IMG/VR virus record: IMGVR_UViG_3300013947_000019
Location: 64,001 to 128,000 of that record
Length of the DNA: 64,000 bases
Strand: one strand, 5' to 3'
Source: a virus
Taxonomy: Duplodnaviria; Caudoviricetes
Part shown: piece by piece, positions 20,438 to 30,797 of the stretch
Position numbering within the stretch: position 1 is the first letter of the stretch
How the letters are laid out: each line of letters starts with the position of its first letter
Translations under genes and position numbers: made by a program
The notes under the pieces: generated by a model
What the model was told of the DNA's origin: nothing
The model's input: the letters and a program-made list of their open reading frames with translations, nothing else
Databases searched by the model: none

Positions 20438-22897
20438 ATGGCTTACGAGATTTTAAATAATGCATATCTTTGTCGTACTCTCAGATCGACTAAGCTATAT
20501 GCTCGTCCGAATGATATTAAGCCATCTAATGTAATCATTCCTGAAGATATTACATTGACAACTGATGAAGAATGTCAGATTAATGGAATTAAGTTTTTTA
20601 AGATTTCTTCTATCATAAAAGGTGAAGATGATCAATATATTGGAATGTGGATTTCCAGTCAGGAAATCGAATATTCTAAGATTTTATTGGAAGAGAAAGA
20701 ACCACAAGAAATACAACCAGATGATTCTGAGGATGTTGAGGAGTGGTTAGTCACAAATGTACCAAAAGTAACATTCTATGAAAAGAGCACGTCGGGAACT
20801 GGCCTCCCTATGGAGTTGCCAGTGGGTTCTTCGATCGCTGCAGATAAAAAGGTAAATGTTACAATTAATGGTTTTACGCAAACCCGTTATCATGTGGCAG
20901 ATTGTATTGATCCAGAAGGAATGCCTTTATTCCTTGTGATTGATATGTGGGTTCGATATGGTACTGAGGTTCGTATCAAAGATGATACAGATATTGTACC
21001 TGTGCCAGATGTACCAACTCTTCAATCCGCAAATAGAGATCGTGCAGAAGCCAGAGGTACATATAATAAGAATAAAAATAAAGAACCTAAAAATGAAAGA
21101 GAACGTCAGCGCCAAGCTAGATTAGCAGCTCAAAAGAAAGCCAAAGAGACAATGGCCAAAAATGAGCAGAAAGCTATGGAATCTAATTTTACCAGTGCTG
21201 CTGTTCCAAGACAAACACAGAATCGTAATAATAATGCTACAACACCATCCGCTGTGTATGAGAATCAAACTATCTTTAACGATGTTGATGTGGATTATGG
21301 CGATGTGAATAACATCGTTGCCGGATATACCCAAGGTTATTTTTCAAATGGTCAATCTATTATGGGTACTCCAATTGGACGTATGCTATTTGTGCATGGT
21401 ATGCCATTCCAGTTTACACACTATACTGATAGACGAACTGGTAGTACAAAACAGTACGGTAATGCAAATGAATACTACGATTTGACTCGTATGGGAACTT
21501 CTATCAAAAGTGGAGGATCCAAAGCTGCTGGTGCTGATTTCTATGGCAGATCATATGAGCAGGAAATTGCTTGTAATATTCCTATTATGTCAGTAGTTCC
21601 AGGAGAACCTCAGTATATGTCCCTTGTAACTGGTAGTTTTGTATTCCCCACTTATACTAAAGCGAAACGTCAAGGTCAAGATTTCAGTGCATTATTTAAT
21701 GTATTAACTGATAAAGAAACACAATCTGTTATAAATGATATCAATGCAGGTGCAAGTGATAGCAACTTATATCAGTACTATACGATGTCTGTTAATACTG
21801 ATGAATATTTCGCTTATGTAAATACATTGTGCAAAATGAGTGCCATCTTAATGGGTCTTAGTGATTTCCAATATTATGGTACTAAATGTACATTAGTTGA
21901 CTGGGGTAATTATAATTCAACTAATTCTGGCGGTCAGGATTATAATATGCTTGAAGAAATTATTGGTATTGATGGTGGTGTATCTTTTGCATATGATCCA
22001 GGATCTTCTGTAACAGATAGCCTCAGTAATACCATTGAAGATTCTCAGTTTACTGGATTACTGAAAGGTATTTCACAGAAAGCCAGAGAAGCTGGATTCT
22101 TATTTGGCAACTGGGCAAACGATATTGATTATTTATCTGCTGTCGATGATACTGACTATGATTCGTCTATAACTGGTATTACCAGTTCTACTTTAGGTAA
22201 AGTATTTGGTGGTCAGGGTATTCTTGGTCGAGCTTCGACATTTATTAAGAACTCTGGTAAGGGTATGAATATCCGATTCCCAAAAGTTTGGCAAGACTCT
22301 AGCTCTAGTAAAGATTATAGTATTGAGATGCATTTTATTGCACCGTATGCTACTAACTTCTGTAAGTGGAGATATGTGCTTGTACCATTTTTCCATTGCT
22401 TTGCTTTAACCGCGCCACGAATGAAAACATCTCTGAATATGTATTCTACGCCATTTTTAATTCGTGCATATTCTAAAGGATATTTTAACGTTGAGATGGG
22501 TATGATCAATAGCTTATCTTGGAGACGTTTTGGTGATGGTGGAGATATGGTATCTGATGATGGAATCCCTACTCAGATTGATGTTACTATGGATTTCCAA
22601 GATATGTATCAAACTATCGGTATGAGTAAGATCGATGGTGCATGGGATCCTCTCAATATCACTGGTAAAGGAATTACAGCACAGCTTGGTCTATTTTTCA
22701 ATAATACTGGATTAATGGATATGCTTGGTACTATGTCTGGTGTTAATATGAATAGAATGAATATTGGTGAACGCATTGCATTATATTGGAATGCTGCTGC
22801 TACCATTGGTGCTGCCGGTCTTCCTGGTAACTTTAAGAGAGCTATCACAGATCGTATACGTAACCTATATGAGAGCTGGATTACTAAGGGTATGTAA
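20438..22897 (+). CDS. virion structural protein, probable baseplate hub/tail-tube initiator (phiKZ gp182-like position)
   Basis: Follows tape measure; FPKVWQDS...PFLIRAYSKG...GMINSL...G.PTQIDVTMDFQD pattern typical of tube-fold baseplate proteins. Confidence 0.55.
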   Translation: MAYEILNNAYLCRTLRSTKLYARPNDIKPSNVIIPEDITLTTDEECQINGIKFFKISSIIKGEDDQYIGMWISSQEIEYSKILLEEKEPQEIQPDDSEDVEEWLVTNVPKVTFYEKSTSGTGLPMELPVGSSIAADKKVNVTINGFTQTRYHVADCIDPEGMPLFLVIDMWVRYGTEVRIKDDTDIVPVPDVPTLQSANRDRAEARGTYNKNKNKEPKNERERQRQARLAAQKKAKETMAKNEQKAMESNFTSAAVPRQTQNRNNNATTPSAVYENQTIFNDVDVDYGDVNNIVAGYTQGYFSNGQSIMGTPIGRMLFVHGMPFQFTHYTDRRTGSTKQYGNANEYYDLTRMGTSIKSGGSKAAGADFYGRSYEQEIACNIPIMSVVPGEPQYMSLVTGSFVFPTYTKAKRQGQDFSALFNVLTDKETQSVINDINAGASDSNLYQYYTMSVNTDEYFAYVNTLCKMSAILMGLSDFQYYGTKCTLVDWGNYNSTNSGGQDYNMLEEIIGIDGGVSFAYDPGSSVTDSLSNTIEDSQFTGLLKGISQKAREAGFLFGNWANDIDYLSAVDDTDYDSSITGITSSTLGKVFGGQGILGRASTFIKNSGKGMNIRFPKVWQDSSSSKDYSIEMHFIAPYATNFCKWRYVLVPFFHCFALTAPRMKTSLNMYSTPFLIRAYSKGYFNVEMGMINSLSWRRFGDGGDMVSDDGIPTQIDVTMDFQDMYQTIGMSKIDGAWDPLNITGKGITAQLGLFFNNTGLMDMLGTMSGVNMNRMNIGERIALYWNAAATIGAAGLPGNFKRAITDRIRNLYESWITKGM

Positions 22898-22911
22898 TTT
22901 TTAATTCATAT

Positions 22912-22995
22912 AACATTTTTATAGAGTGTAATAAGTATCATTGAGCCCTCCGTTGTGTAGAGATCCCCTCCTGTATTGGAGGGGATTCTACTATT
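22912..22995 (+). ncRNA. candidate small RNA (late promoter, anti-RBS sequence, terminator)
   Basis: AACA-TTTTTA-TAG at 22912; CATTGAGCCCTCCG at 22939-22952; hairpin 22962-22987. Confidence 0.3.
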
Positions 22996-23015
22996 TAATA
23001 TTTTTCTACATTTTT

Positions 23016-23028
23016 AACAACGAAATAA
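23016..23028 (+). promoter_or_regulatory. putative late promoter
   Basis: AACA-ACGAAA-TAA. Confidence 0.55.
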
Positions 23029-23061
23029 TAATGGAATGCATTAAAAGGAGTTTGATGCAAT

Positions 23062-23736
23062 GTGAAGATAAAATCGCGTAAACAAAAAATAGATGAATAT
23101 AATACAAAATATCCGAATCGTTATTACGATCCGGAAATTTCACTGCGAAATTACTTTCTATCCAGAGGATGGAATTTTGATAAAGCTTTGAAAAAAGCAA
23201 AGAAGAAAGCAGATAACATTGAGATAAATAGAAAATATGAAACTATTCGGGTTGTGATGTATGAACAACCAGTAAAGACAGATCGACCCAGAGCATTCAA
23301 TTCCCATATTTATTCTCCCAATGCTGCAGCGAATCATTCATATTTTGAAAAAGCAGTTAAAGGTATCTGTAAAGATATTAAATTAATTAATACTCCTGCA
23401 GAAATTACTATTAATGCTTATATCGAAATGCCTTCACGAGTTCCACCTGATGAAGTGATACTTTTTGAGGGAAAAGTATTAGATATCATTGATATGCCAG
23501 ACTATGATAATATTGGAAAAGCATATACTGATATGCTTAAGAATGTATTAATCATAGATGATGATATATTTCATCGTGGTGAAATTAATAAATATTATTC
23601 AGTAATGCCGAGAGTAGAAATCATTATTCGATATCAGAAATCACATGATTCAGATTACGTCTATAAAAAGATTAAATCTAGAAAATCGGTGAAGGCTGCC
23701 ATTGAAACCGGTCAATTAGAATTGATGAGGATTTAA
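23062..23736 (+). CDS. rusA: RusA-like Holliday junction resolvase
   Basis: RPR..; PDYDNIGKAYTDML..IIDDD..KYYS..PRVEI matches RusA PDxDNxxK..D..DD. Confidence 0.8.
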   Translation: MKIKSRKQKIDEYNTKYPNRYYDPEISLRNYFLSRGWNFDKALKKAKKKADNIEINRKYETIRVVMYEQPVKTDRPRAFNSHIYSPNAAANHSYFEKAVKGICKDIKLINTPAEITINAYIEMPSRVPPDEVILFEGKVLDIIDMPDYDNIGKAYTDMLKNVLIIDDDIFHRGEINKYYSVMPRVEIIIRYQKSHDSDYVYKKIKSRKSVKAAIETGQLELMRI

Positions 23737-23738
23737 TT

Positions 23739-24218
23739 ATGTATAATATTAAGGAAACAAACTATACTGCATATGAAGTAGATGGGTTTATTTTTAATAC
23801 AGAAAAAGAAGCCGAACAACATATCAGAAAGCTTTTACACGCGAAGCTTATGATGATGGTACAGGCTGGACAAATACAAGTATCTGAAGATATTCATGAT
23901 TTCATGCCATCTTATGATTACTTAGTAAAAGAATTTTCTTGTATTAAACTTCTAGATGGTAGTAAAGAAGTTCGTGATAATTTAAGAGATATCATCTATG
24001 ATCTGAAAAGAATTGATGATATTGATGCAACAAATGATCCATTCAAAAATGGTTCAGTTGGTAAAACGTATGCAATACTTCCTGACTCAGAGGCGTATTT
24101 ATACTTTAATGTAGTAAGCGTAGAAGATCGTATTGCTTGTTTACAAGAAATTTTAGATGATATGAAAACATTTAATGACTCCATGGAAGGGAGTGAGAAT
24201 CAGAATGAAGAAAAGTGA
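23739..24218 (+). CDS. hypothetical protein
   Basis: 159-aa ORF, GAGG RBS. Confidence 0.7.
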   Translation: MYNIKETNYTAYEVDGFIFNTEKEAEQHIRKLLHAKLMMMVQAGQIQVSEDIHDFMPSYDYLVKEFSCIKLLDGSKEVRDNLRDIIYDLKRIDDIDATNDPFKNGSVGKTYAILPDSEAYLYFNVVSVEDRIACLQEILDDMKTFNDSMEGSENQNEEK

Positions 24219-24576
24219 TAAGTATATGCAGACCAGTATTATCAATGAGATTATGAAGCAGTATAACATGCGGACGATTGCTGAAGAGCTTTGTAATCAG
24301 TTGAAGAAATCTGGTTCTGTTTCTGTATATGAAGTAAATGAGGATGGTTTTGTTCTTCGTCGTAATACGGATGGAATCATTAGTCCAGATACCATTATTG
24401 ATGGGTTAGTAAAAACTTTCCGTTCTATTGTCTCTGACGATGATGAACTCCAGGAGATTATTCAAGATACATATGATTTTGAATATGATAAGAAGTCTAT
24501 TAACGATGAACTTCTGTCTGAAGATGTTAACGTAAAATTATCTGGAAGATTAATTTCTATTGAAATTGATTTTTAA
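24205..24576 (+). CDS. hypothetical protein
   Basis: ORF 24175..24576, likely ATG 24205. Confidence 0.65.
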   Translation: MKKSDKYMQTSIINEIMKQYNMRTIAEELCNQLKKSGSVSVYEVNEDGFVLRRNTDGIISPDTIIDGLVKTFRSIVSDDDELQEIIQDTYDFEYDKKSINDELLSEDVNVKLSGRLISIEIDF

Positions 24577-24581
24577 AATAG

Positions 24582-24611
24582 ATATGGGGAGGCTTAATTG
24601 CCTCCCCATAT
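24582..24611. terminator. bidirectional terminator
   Basis: ATATGGGGAGGC..GCCTCCCCATAT between convergent genes. Confidence 0.8.
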
Positions 24612-24619
24612 TTTATTTC

Positions 24620-25408
24620 TTACTTACCGTAATAAATACGCTTAGCCTCTTCTTCGACTTCACGAGCAGTATACTTATGAATACCAAAAACATTGGCACT
24701 CTCATACAGACAATACAGCATTACAGCACGCTCGCGGATCTTATCAGCATTCTCAGACAGAACCTTATCAACACTGACAGTACCGGAAGCATTTTCATTG
24801 ACATCCTTCACAGCCAGACCAGCAGTAGCATTCATGATTGCATTCATCAGAGAAGTAGGACCAACGGCATTCAAACGATTGATTGTCTCATTGACAGTCT
24901 TAGGATCCTCGCCAGCGGCAACCTTAGAATTAGCCATATTCAGAGCATCCTTAATAGCGCGGGCCTTCTTATCTTCAGCAAGCAGAGAAGCAACAGCACT
25001 ATCACGAATTGTCTGGATCTGAACAGTAGGGGCCTTAGCATCAAACAGTCGATCGATGATAGCCTGATCTTCTTCAGAGAGCTCAACCTTATCACGACCA
25101 GAGCATTCCAGATCAGCATCCTCTGCATCGCAGCACTTAGACTCAGAAATAGCTTCAGCAACCTCTACGCAGTCCTTGATAAAGGTGCAGGATTCCTCCA
25201 GAGTCTTCTTAACTTCCTTAATCGTATGATCATTCAGCTTCAGCATATCAGTATAGAAAGCCTCAGCCATCTTAGTAGCACGAGCTGCATTTACCGGCTC
25301 CTTAGAAGGGTCAATCTCACAGCAGCATAACTGTACACGACCCAGGCACTCTAACAGTGCAGCATTAAAAGCGGCATGTTTATAATTCATCTTCTGAATA
25401 GCATTCAT
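24620..25408 (-). CDS. putative virion protein
   Basis: 262 aa, GGAGG RBS, xxE|S/N sites, in structural operon. Confidence 0.55.
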   Translation of the reverse strand: MNAIQKMNYKHAAFNAALLECLGRVQLCCCEIDPSKEPVNAARATKMAEAFYTDMLKLNDHTIKEVKKTLEESCTFIKDCVEVAEAISESKCCDAEDADLECSGRDKVELSEEDQAIIDRLFDAKAPTVQIQTIRDSAVASLLAEDKKARAIKDALNMANSKVAAGEDPKTVNETINRLNAVGPTSLMNAIMNATAGLAVKDVNENASGTVSVDKVLSENADKIRERAVMLYCLYESANVFGIHKYTAREVEEEAKRIYYGK

Positions 25409-25420
25409 ACTAATTCCTCC

Positions 25421-28039
25421 TTATACTTCATCCAGATCAATCTGGATATCAGTGACATTAAGTTGCTCAGGTACGAAACGATAGATAATATCTTTATTCG
25501 TAAACTCAGGTACAGTATATGTAAACTCCTGATAAGAAGCATCGAATTTATTTACGCCCATATATTTGATAGATTTCACTGAAGAATATTGTTCCTCAAT
25601 CAATGTACAGATATTGGACATATAGATGCTTGTATCAGTAATATATGTATCTCTGAGGTATTCATAAATAAACTGACGAATTTCATCAATATCGACATTC
25701 TTACCATAAATCTTAAAGTAGAATGTGGGATTCAGATCATTCAGATCTGCAGTGACTTCTTCGCCATCAATACTACGACCACCAGTGATGGTAATATATT
25801 TTGATCTACCATAGGTAGCTGTAAATTTCAAAGAAATATCAAAGTCTGTTGTTAATTTCAAAAGTGCACCATAAACTTCTCTGAAGTTCTCGAATGTATC
25901 ATACATATTACTGATATTTTTGATACCATATTCGTACTCAATCAGAGGAACTTCTGAAATATAGAAATTAACAACTCCTGATTCTTTCTTAGCAGTTACT
26001 GAAGAACTGGAGAACTTATTATATTCCAGTAAGAGATCATAAGGATATTCCGGTTTATTATAGAATCCACACATTAAAGCATAACCTTCAGTTGCAGATT
26101 TAGGAAGATAGGAAAATACTTGATCTGTTCTTTCATATTCTTCCCAAAGGTCATACTTATACATAAAGAATACTTCTAATGTAGCATCCTTAAAATCAAT
26201 TACACTACCATAATTCTTCTCAGTGCCATTCTGGTATAAACCGGTGGTGATATGAAGATAATCATCCTCAGTAACAAAATCGTTTGTCTTCATCTGCCCA
26301 CTAAAAGTAAAGGTACGAGATTCTTTATTATAAGAATCAATTGGCATCTTCATATAAGCTGCTGGAGCATTACCTTTACGGAAGATGATATAGCACATAA
26401 TAGCTTCTTTGTCTTTGATAGTACCATCTTTCTCAACAAGCTCATCATCGTTTGCAGTATTCATATTACCCTCAATGCTGAACTTATATACATTAGACTC
26501 AGTAGATGAATGTGCATTACGGAAAATATTTACTTCACGTGTAATAATCTGAAATGGAAAAATCGTATTCAGTAGTTTACCAGATAATAGAATATAATCA
26601 TTCACTGAAGTATAATAATAAGATGCAATATTATACTTATTCAGGAGAATCATGAAAGGTGAAGTAAAATAGAAAGTGTCTTCTTCATTTTCATCATGAG
26701 GAACTTTTACAATAAGATCTTCTGCTCCCTTTGTACCAGGGATCAACTTCCATTTATTGTAAGCATTGATAACTTTTCTGTCAAGTGTTTGATCATAATA
26801 GTCAAAGTCACCGATATTCCCAATATTACGAATACCAGTAATTTTAGCACGGACAGTATTTGCTGGTACAATCTCACTATTATAACGAAGAAGTGTATAC
26901 AGATAATATCTGCGATCCTCAATATCATTACGTTTCTTGATAATTTGCACATTGGCATCAATATCATTAATATATGTAATAATATCATGCTCTGTGGTAA
27001 TATTATCTCTTCGTGTCTTAGCATCAATTAATCGTGCTTTAATATCTTCGATAGAATCACCATCAGCAGCATCAACCGTGTCACTAAGCATAGTGATAAT
27101 TACATTGACACCAGAATAATTATAATTGCCATCTCGATAAAGACTAAATGTAGTATTATCATTTCCGATAGTGATCATACCATCTGAACCAAGAGTTTCA
27201 CGAATTTCACATTTGATCATCGTATTTGCACCGAGGTTCAGTTTTTGATTATTCATAATAAAAAGAATATTGGAATTATCATCATTATAATAAATATCAT
27301 TTGTAGTAGCATCACTTAAATAATGAGTTGTTCCAACTCTCGTATATGCATCACTTGTAGACTTTTTGTAGTATATATCAAATCCAGCAAGTTTGTTATC
27401 ATAATCAAATTCAATACCATCATACATGAACTGAATTTCATCTGTAACAATCTTCTCTTGAATATTATAAGAGAACTGATAGATCTGTACAACGAGCGTA
27501 ACCATTTCTTGTCCACGGTCATTCTCTTGCTCATACATTTGAATATATGAATCATAGGATGCATATTCTCCGCTATATGCAGCAGAGTATACAATACCAG
27601 TAGATCTTTGGGTTGCTCGAATAATGATATCATCCTCTAATGAGAAAGGAATACCATTATGCATAATGGTAGAACGTCGATCGACTGTAAATCGAATCTC
27701 ATTCTTACCATTACGTTCACCCTTATTCAAGATATCAGATTTTAGTATACCAATAATGGCGAATGCTCTACCAGGAGTAGCATAATCTACACCAATAGAA
27801 CGGATCTTTGCAGTCTGTCTAACACGAACTTCAGAGGTAGAAAGTTCTGGACAGTAATCTGCTGCACGCCGTTGTTCCAGCGTAACTGTATCTTCAATAG
27901 ATACCGCCATTGTCTCCGTAAGATAACCCAGAATAGATACACGGTTAGTATCTAATGTTTCTTCAGGGAAATATTTGGGGAGAATAACACCCACCAGATC
28001 ATTGAGGATGTCTTTGCGGTTGATTAATTTTCTGGCCAA
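25421..28039 (-). CDS. putative baseplate wedge protein
   Basis: 872 aa; ETLGSDG and GDSIEDIKARL..RDNITTEHDI resemble baseplate wedge (T4 gp6/J-like) signatures. Confidence 0.6.
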   Translation of the reverse strand: MARKLINRKDILNDLVGVILPKYFPEETLDTNRVSILGYLTETMAVSIEDTVTLEQRRAADYCPELSTSEVRVRQTAKIRSIGVDYATPGRAFAIIGILKSDILNKGERNGKNEIRFTVDRRSTIMHNGIPFSLEDDIIIRATQRSTGIVYSAAYSGEYASYDSYIQMYEQENDRGQEMVTLVVQIYQFSYNIQEKIVTDEIQFMYDGIEFDYDNKLAGFDIYYKKSTSDAYTRVGTTHYLSDATTNDIYYNDDNSNILFIMNNQKLNLGANTMIKCEIRETLGSDGMITIGNDNTTFSLYRDGNYNYSGVNVIITMLSDTVDAADGDSIEDIKARLIDAKTRRDNITTEHDIITYINDIDANVQIIKKRNDIEDRRYYLYTLLRYNSEIVPANTVRAKITGIRNIGNIGDFDYYDQTLDRKVINAYNKWKLIPGTKGAEDLIVKVPHDENEEDTFYFTSPFMILLNKYNIASYYYTSVNDYILLSGKLLNTIFPFQIITREVNIFRNAHSSTESNVYKFSIEGNMNTANDDELVEKDGTIKDKEAIMCYIIFRKGNAPAAYMKMPIDSYNKESRTFTFSGQMKTNDFVTEDDYLHITTGLYQNGTEKNYGSVIDFKDATLEVFFMYKYDLWEEYERTDQVFSYLPKSATEGYALMCGFYNKPEYPYDLLLEYNKFSSSSVTAKKESGVVNFYISEVPLIEYEYGIKNISNMYDTFENFREVYGALLKLTTDFDISLKFTATYGRSKYITITGGRSIDGEEVTADLNDLNPTFYFKIYGKNVDIDEIRQFIYEYLRDTYITDTSIYMSNICTLIEEQYSSVKSIKYMGVNKFDASYQEFTYTVPEFTNKDIIYRFVPEQLNVTDIQIDLDEV

Positions 28040-28057
28040 TTGTTTCTCACCTCTTTA

Positions 28058-29329
28058 TCACGTTCTACTAACGGTATTTGTTAATCTCTTTAATGGGTCC
28101 ATAACACCAGCAAGAGTTCCCTTAAATGCATTACTAAGGCTCTTTTGAATTTGATCAGGATCCATACCAAGATTTCTCATAGCATTGGCAGCTTGAATAT
28201 AATTATCAGAATAATTGATATTGGGATTCGTTTTATTCTCCCAAGTTAGATAATATTTTAAGCAACCTGTATTATCTCTATTCATAACGATATACGGATT
28301 CGTTGCCCATACATCACCTTTTACAAATGGTGTTTCTTTATTATTTTGCCAAACCTCATTACTTAATAGTGAAGGATGAGTCCACCCATTTGCCATCTTT
28401 TGTTGTATTGTATCATACGAATCACCTGACAATACGTTAATATCATTTAATACAGAAGGATCACAAGGATCAGATCGAATTGAATAAGCAAAATCAATAG
28501 ATACATTATCCTCAACGATCATCTGATCAGTAGTACTAAACATAGACCAGGGAACTCGAGTAGGAAATACGCCTGTTAGTTTTTCCCAATAAACAAGTTC
28601 TCTACCATCTCTACGTGTAACGAGATAGTAAAGAGAACCACAATAATCCAGAATAGCATTTCGTTGATAGTTCTCATCAGGAACAATCCAATCATTCTTT
28701 GACACATTGTAGATATAAGATACCCACAATTGCATCATTTTGAGAATACTTAAATATCTATCATTCCGGAACTCAAGTGTAAAAGATCCGGCGATCTTAT
28801 GATCTTCACTATGCTTGCCATAAATAATCTTATGACCAAAGAAAGTAAGACCTTTTTCAATCTGCTTTAATTCAGCGTCATTTACATTGAAGTTCTTTGA
28901 TCTTGTGGTAATCAACGGTAACCAGATATTAGAATTAGCACGACTGAGCTGATATAACATCATCTCACCATATTTATCATTTGCATAAGCTGCTGTCATA
29001 GCCATATTCTTCATTGTTTCCAGGTTTTGTTGGGAAGTATCTGTACCAGTATTCTTTCCCCAGATACCACCAGCGCCACTAGTTACATTTAAGTCAGGTC
29101 GAGACATAAGGATATATGCAATATATGGTTCAGTTGCATTATCCACATCGGGCAGTCTGCTGATATTGAAATACTGAATATTTTTATTTATATCAGCATA
29201 ACTATAACCGATACGTTCTCTATGAGCTTTTAAATCCGACATAAAAGTCGGATATGTAAAGGTAGATGTTGTCTTCTGCTCAGCAGGAATAGGGCCATCT
29301 TTGGGTTTTACCGGGTTCATTATTTTCAC
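28058..29329 (-). CDS. putative baseplate/tail-tube-fold structural protein
   Basis: SRPDLN..FTLEFRND..DYCGSLYY..KLTGVFP..SIDF pattern of tube-like proteins; late promoter. Confidence 0.5.
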   Translation of the reverse strand: MKIMNPVKPKDGPIPAEQKTTSTFTYPTFMSDLKAHRERIGYSYADINKNIQYFNISRLPDVDNATEPYIAYILMSRPDLNVTSGAGGIWGKNTGTDTSQQNLETMKNMAMTAAYANDKYGEMMLYQLSRANSNIWLPLITTRSKNFNVNDAELKQIEKGLTFFGHKIIYGKHSEDHKIAGSFTLEFRNDRYLSILKMMQLWVSYIYNVSKNDWIVPDENYQRNAILDYCGSLYYLVTRRDGRELVYWEKLTGVFPTRVPWSMFSTTDQMIVEDNVSIDFAYSIRSDPCDPSVLNDINVLSGDSYDTIQQKMANGWTHPSLLSNEVWQNNKETPFVKGDVWATNPYIVMNRDNTGCLKYYLTWENKTNPNINYSDNYIQAANAMRNLGMDPDQIQKSLSNAFKGTLAGVMDPLKRLTNTVSRT

Positions 29330-29368
29330 CTACTTTCCATAAGGGAGTAGCCTGTTGTTTATATTACA

Positions 29369-29381
29369 TTATAGTGATGTT
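29369..29381 (-). promoter_or_regulatory. putative late promoter
   Basis: AACA-TCACTA-TAA. Confidence 0.55.
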
Positions 29382-29423
29382 TCTCATATATTTTCCTGCT
29401 ATTTATATTTTAATATGTATATA

Positions 29424-29436
29424 GACAGCTATATAA
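29424..29436 (+). promoter_or_regulatory. putative late promoter
   Basis: GACA-GCTATA-TAA. Confidence 0.5.
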
Positions 29437-29458
29437 TAAGTTTGAGGAGGTGTATCCA

Positions 29459-30115
29459 ATGAGTTATGATATAGATCCTAAGTTTGGTAAATTGTATGAG
29501 CCTGTTATGAATCCATTTAATAATCCGAGTCCACCAATTCATTCTTTTATGGGTGGATTTTTAACAGGTGCCGCTATCGATGAAGATGTGAAAAACGGGC
29601 TTATTTCAATCGAACCATATGATCCTGCCAATCTGAATCCGAATTCATATAATCTTTCTATTGGAGATGTCATGCTTGAATGTGTGGGTAATGATTATCT
29701 TCATAATAGATATGATGAAAATAATCTTGACTATATGATCGATCTTAAGAATCCTATTAAATATCAGGAAGTGAAGATTCCAGAAGATGGTATTATTCTT
29801 AAACCTGGTAAGCTATATCTGATTGCTACAAAAGAGTATATTGGTTCAGATCACTATATTCCTATGATTACTGGCAGGTCTTCTCTTGGCAGAGCTGGAG
29901 TATCAGTGCATCAAGAAGCTGGGTTTGGTGATATTGGCTATCATGGCAAATGGACATTACAGGTAACAGTTACTCTTCCTACCAAGATCTATCCTAATAT
30001 GAAGATGGCACAGATGTATATGGTAGTTCCTTCTGGTAATACCAGTATTACCTATAACGGTAAATATCAGAATTCTACTGAAGCAAAAGGATCAGAAATA
30101 TCAAAGGACTTTTGA
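29459..30115 (+). CDS. dcd: dCTP deaminase
   Basis: NPNSYNL, GRSSLGRAG, AGFGDIGYHGKWTL, IYPNMKMAQ, YNGKYQ. Confidence 0.9.
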   Translation: MSYDIDPKFGKLYEPVMNPFNNPSPPIHSFMGGFLTGAAIDEDVKNGLISIEPYDPANLNPNSYNLSIGDVMLECVGNDYLHNRYDENNLDYMIDLKNPIKYQEVKIPEDGIILKPGKLYLIATKEYIGSDHYIPMITGRSSLGRAGVSVHQEAGFGDIGYHGKWTLQVTVTLPTKIYPNMKMAQMYMVVPSGNTSITYNGKYQNSTEAKGSEISKDF

Positions 30116-30127
30116 GCAAAATATTTT

Positions 30128-30151
30128 GAGATATATACTATATAAGTGAAA
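30128..30151 (+). promoter_or_regulatory. putative early promoter
   Basis: GAGATATATACTATATAAGTGAAA, identical 24-mer on minus strand at 53216-53239. Confidence 0.7.
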
Positions 30152-30235
30152 GCAGGGTTCATCACCTTGTAAAATTCGCCTACTCAACAAATGATAATTA
30201 CCGTAGGAATGAATTTTATTAAGGAGGTATACATT

Positions 30236-30661
30236 ATGTCTAATGTACACTACGATGAGCTTCCGACGGAGTTGATCTATCGGAAGAAGCCTGTTCTTAC
30301 TGTTGAAGAACAGCGAGAGAAACTTATGAGAAAAGTCAAGAAGGCCGATGTTGATCTGGTAGATCAAGTCAATCGACGGAATCGTTATGCACATGAGCTG
30401 CGTGATTTTAACAAAGCTTATGGATTCAAACCTGACCCCGAGAGTTCTATTGTAAGTTCTATTAAAAGAGAGAAAGTTGAGAAGAAAAGCATTCTAAAGA
30501 GTTTGCAGCTTCTCGGTCCCGATGGTTCTGATTTGCTTAGTTCATTTCAGAATCGAAGGGAACAATTCAAACAAGTGTTTGATGGTATTTCTCTGAAAGT
30601 GGATCCTTATAATAAAACTCTTAATGTCACTTTGAATACAAAAGACGTTCCTAAAGATTGA
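30236..30661 (+). CDS. hypothetical early protein
   Basis: AAGGAGG RBS before ATG 30236. Confidence 0.7.
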   Translation: MSNVHYDELPTELIYRKKPVLTVEEQREKLMRKVKKADVDLVDQVNRRNRYAHELRDFNKAYGFKPDPESSIVSSIKREKVEKKSILKSLQLLGPDGSDLLSSFQNRREQFKQVFDGISLKVDPYNKTLNVTLNTKDVPKD

Positions 30662-30688
30662 TGCAGTCTTGATTTAAATAAAAGAAAG

Positions 30689-30723
30689 GAAACAGAGGGT
30701 TTTTCGCCCTCTGTTTCTTTTTT
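30689..30723 (+). terminator. intrinsic terminator
   Basis: GAAACAGAGGG..CCCTCTGTTTC then T-run. Confidence 0.75.
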
Positions 30724-30749
30724 ATGTTCAATCATTTTTTTATCATTTC

Positions 30750-30762
30750 AACATTGTAATAA
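30750..30762 (+). promoter_or_regulatory. putative late promoter
   Basis: AACA-TTGTAA-TAA. Confidence 0.6.
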
Positions 30763-30797
30763 TGCAGAATAACTGTAAAATCCTTTAAAGAAAGGAG

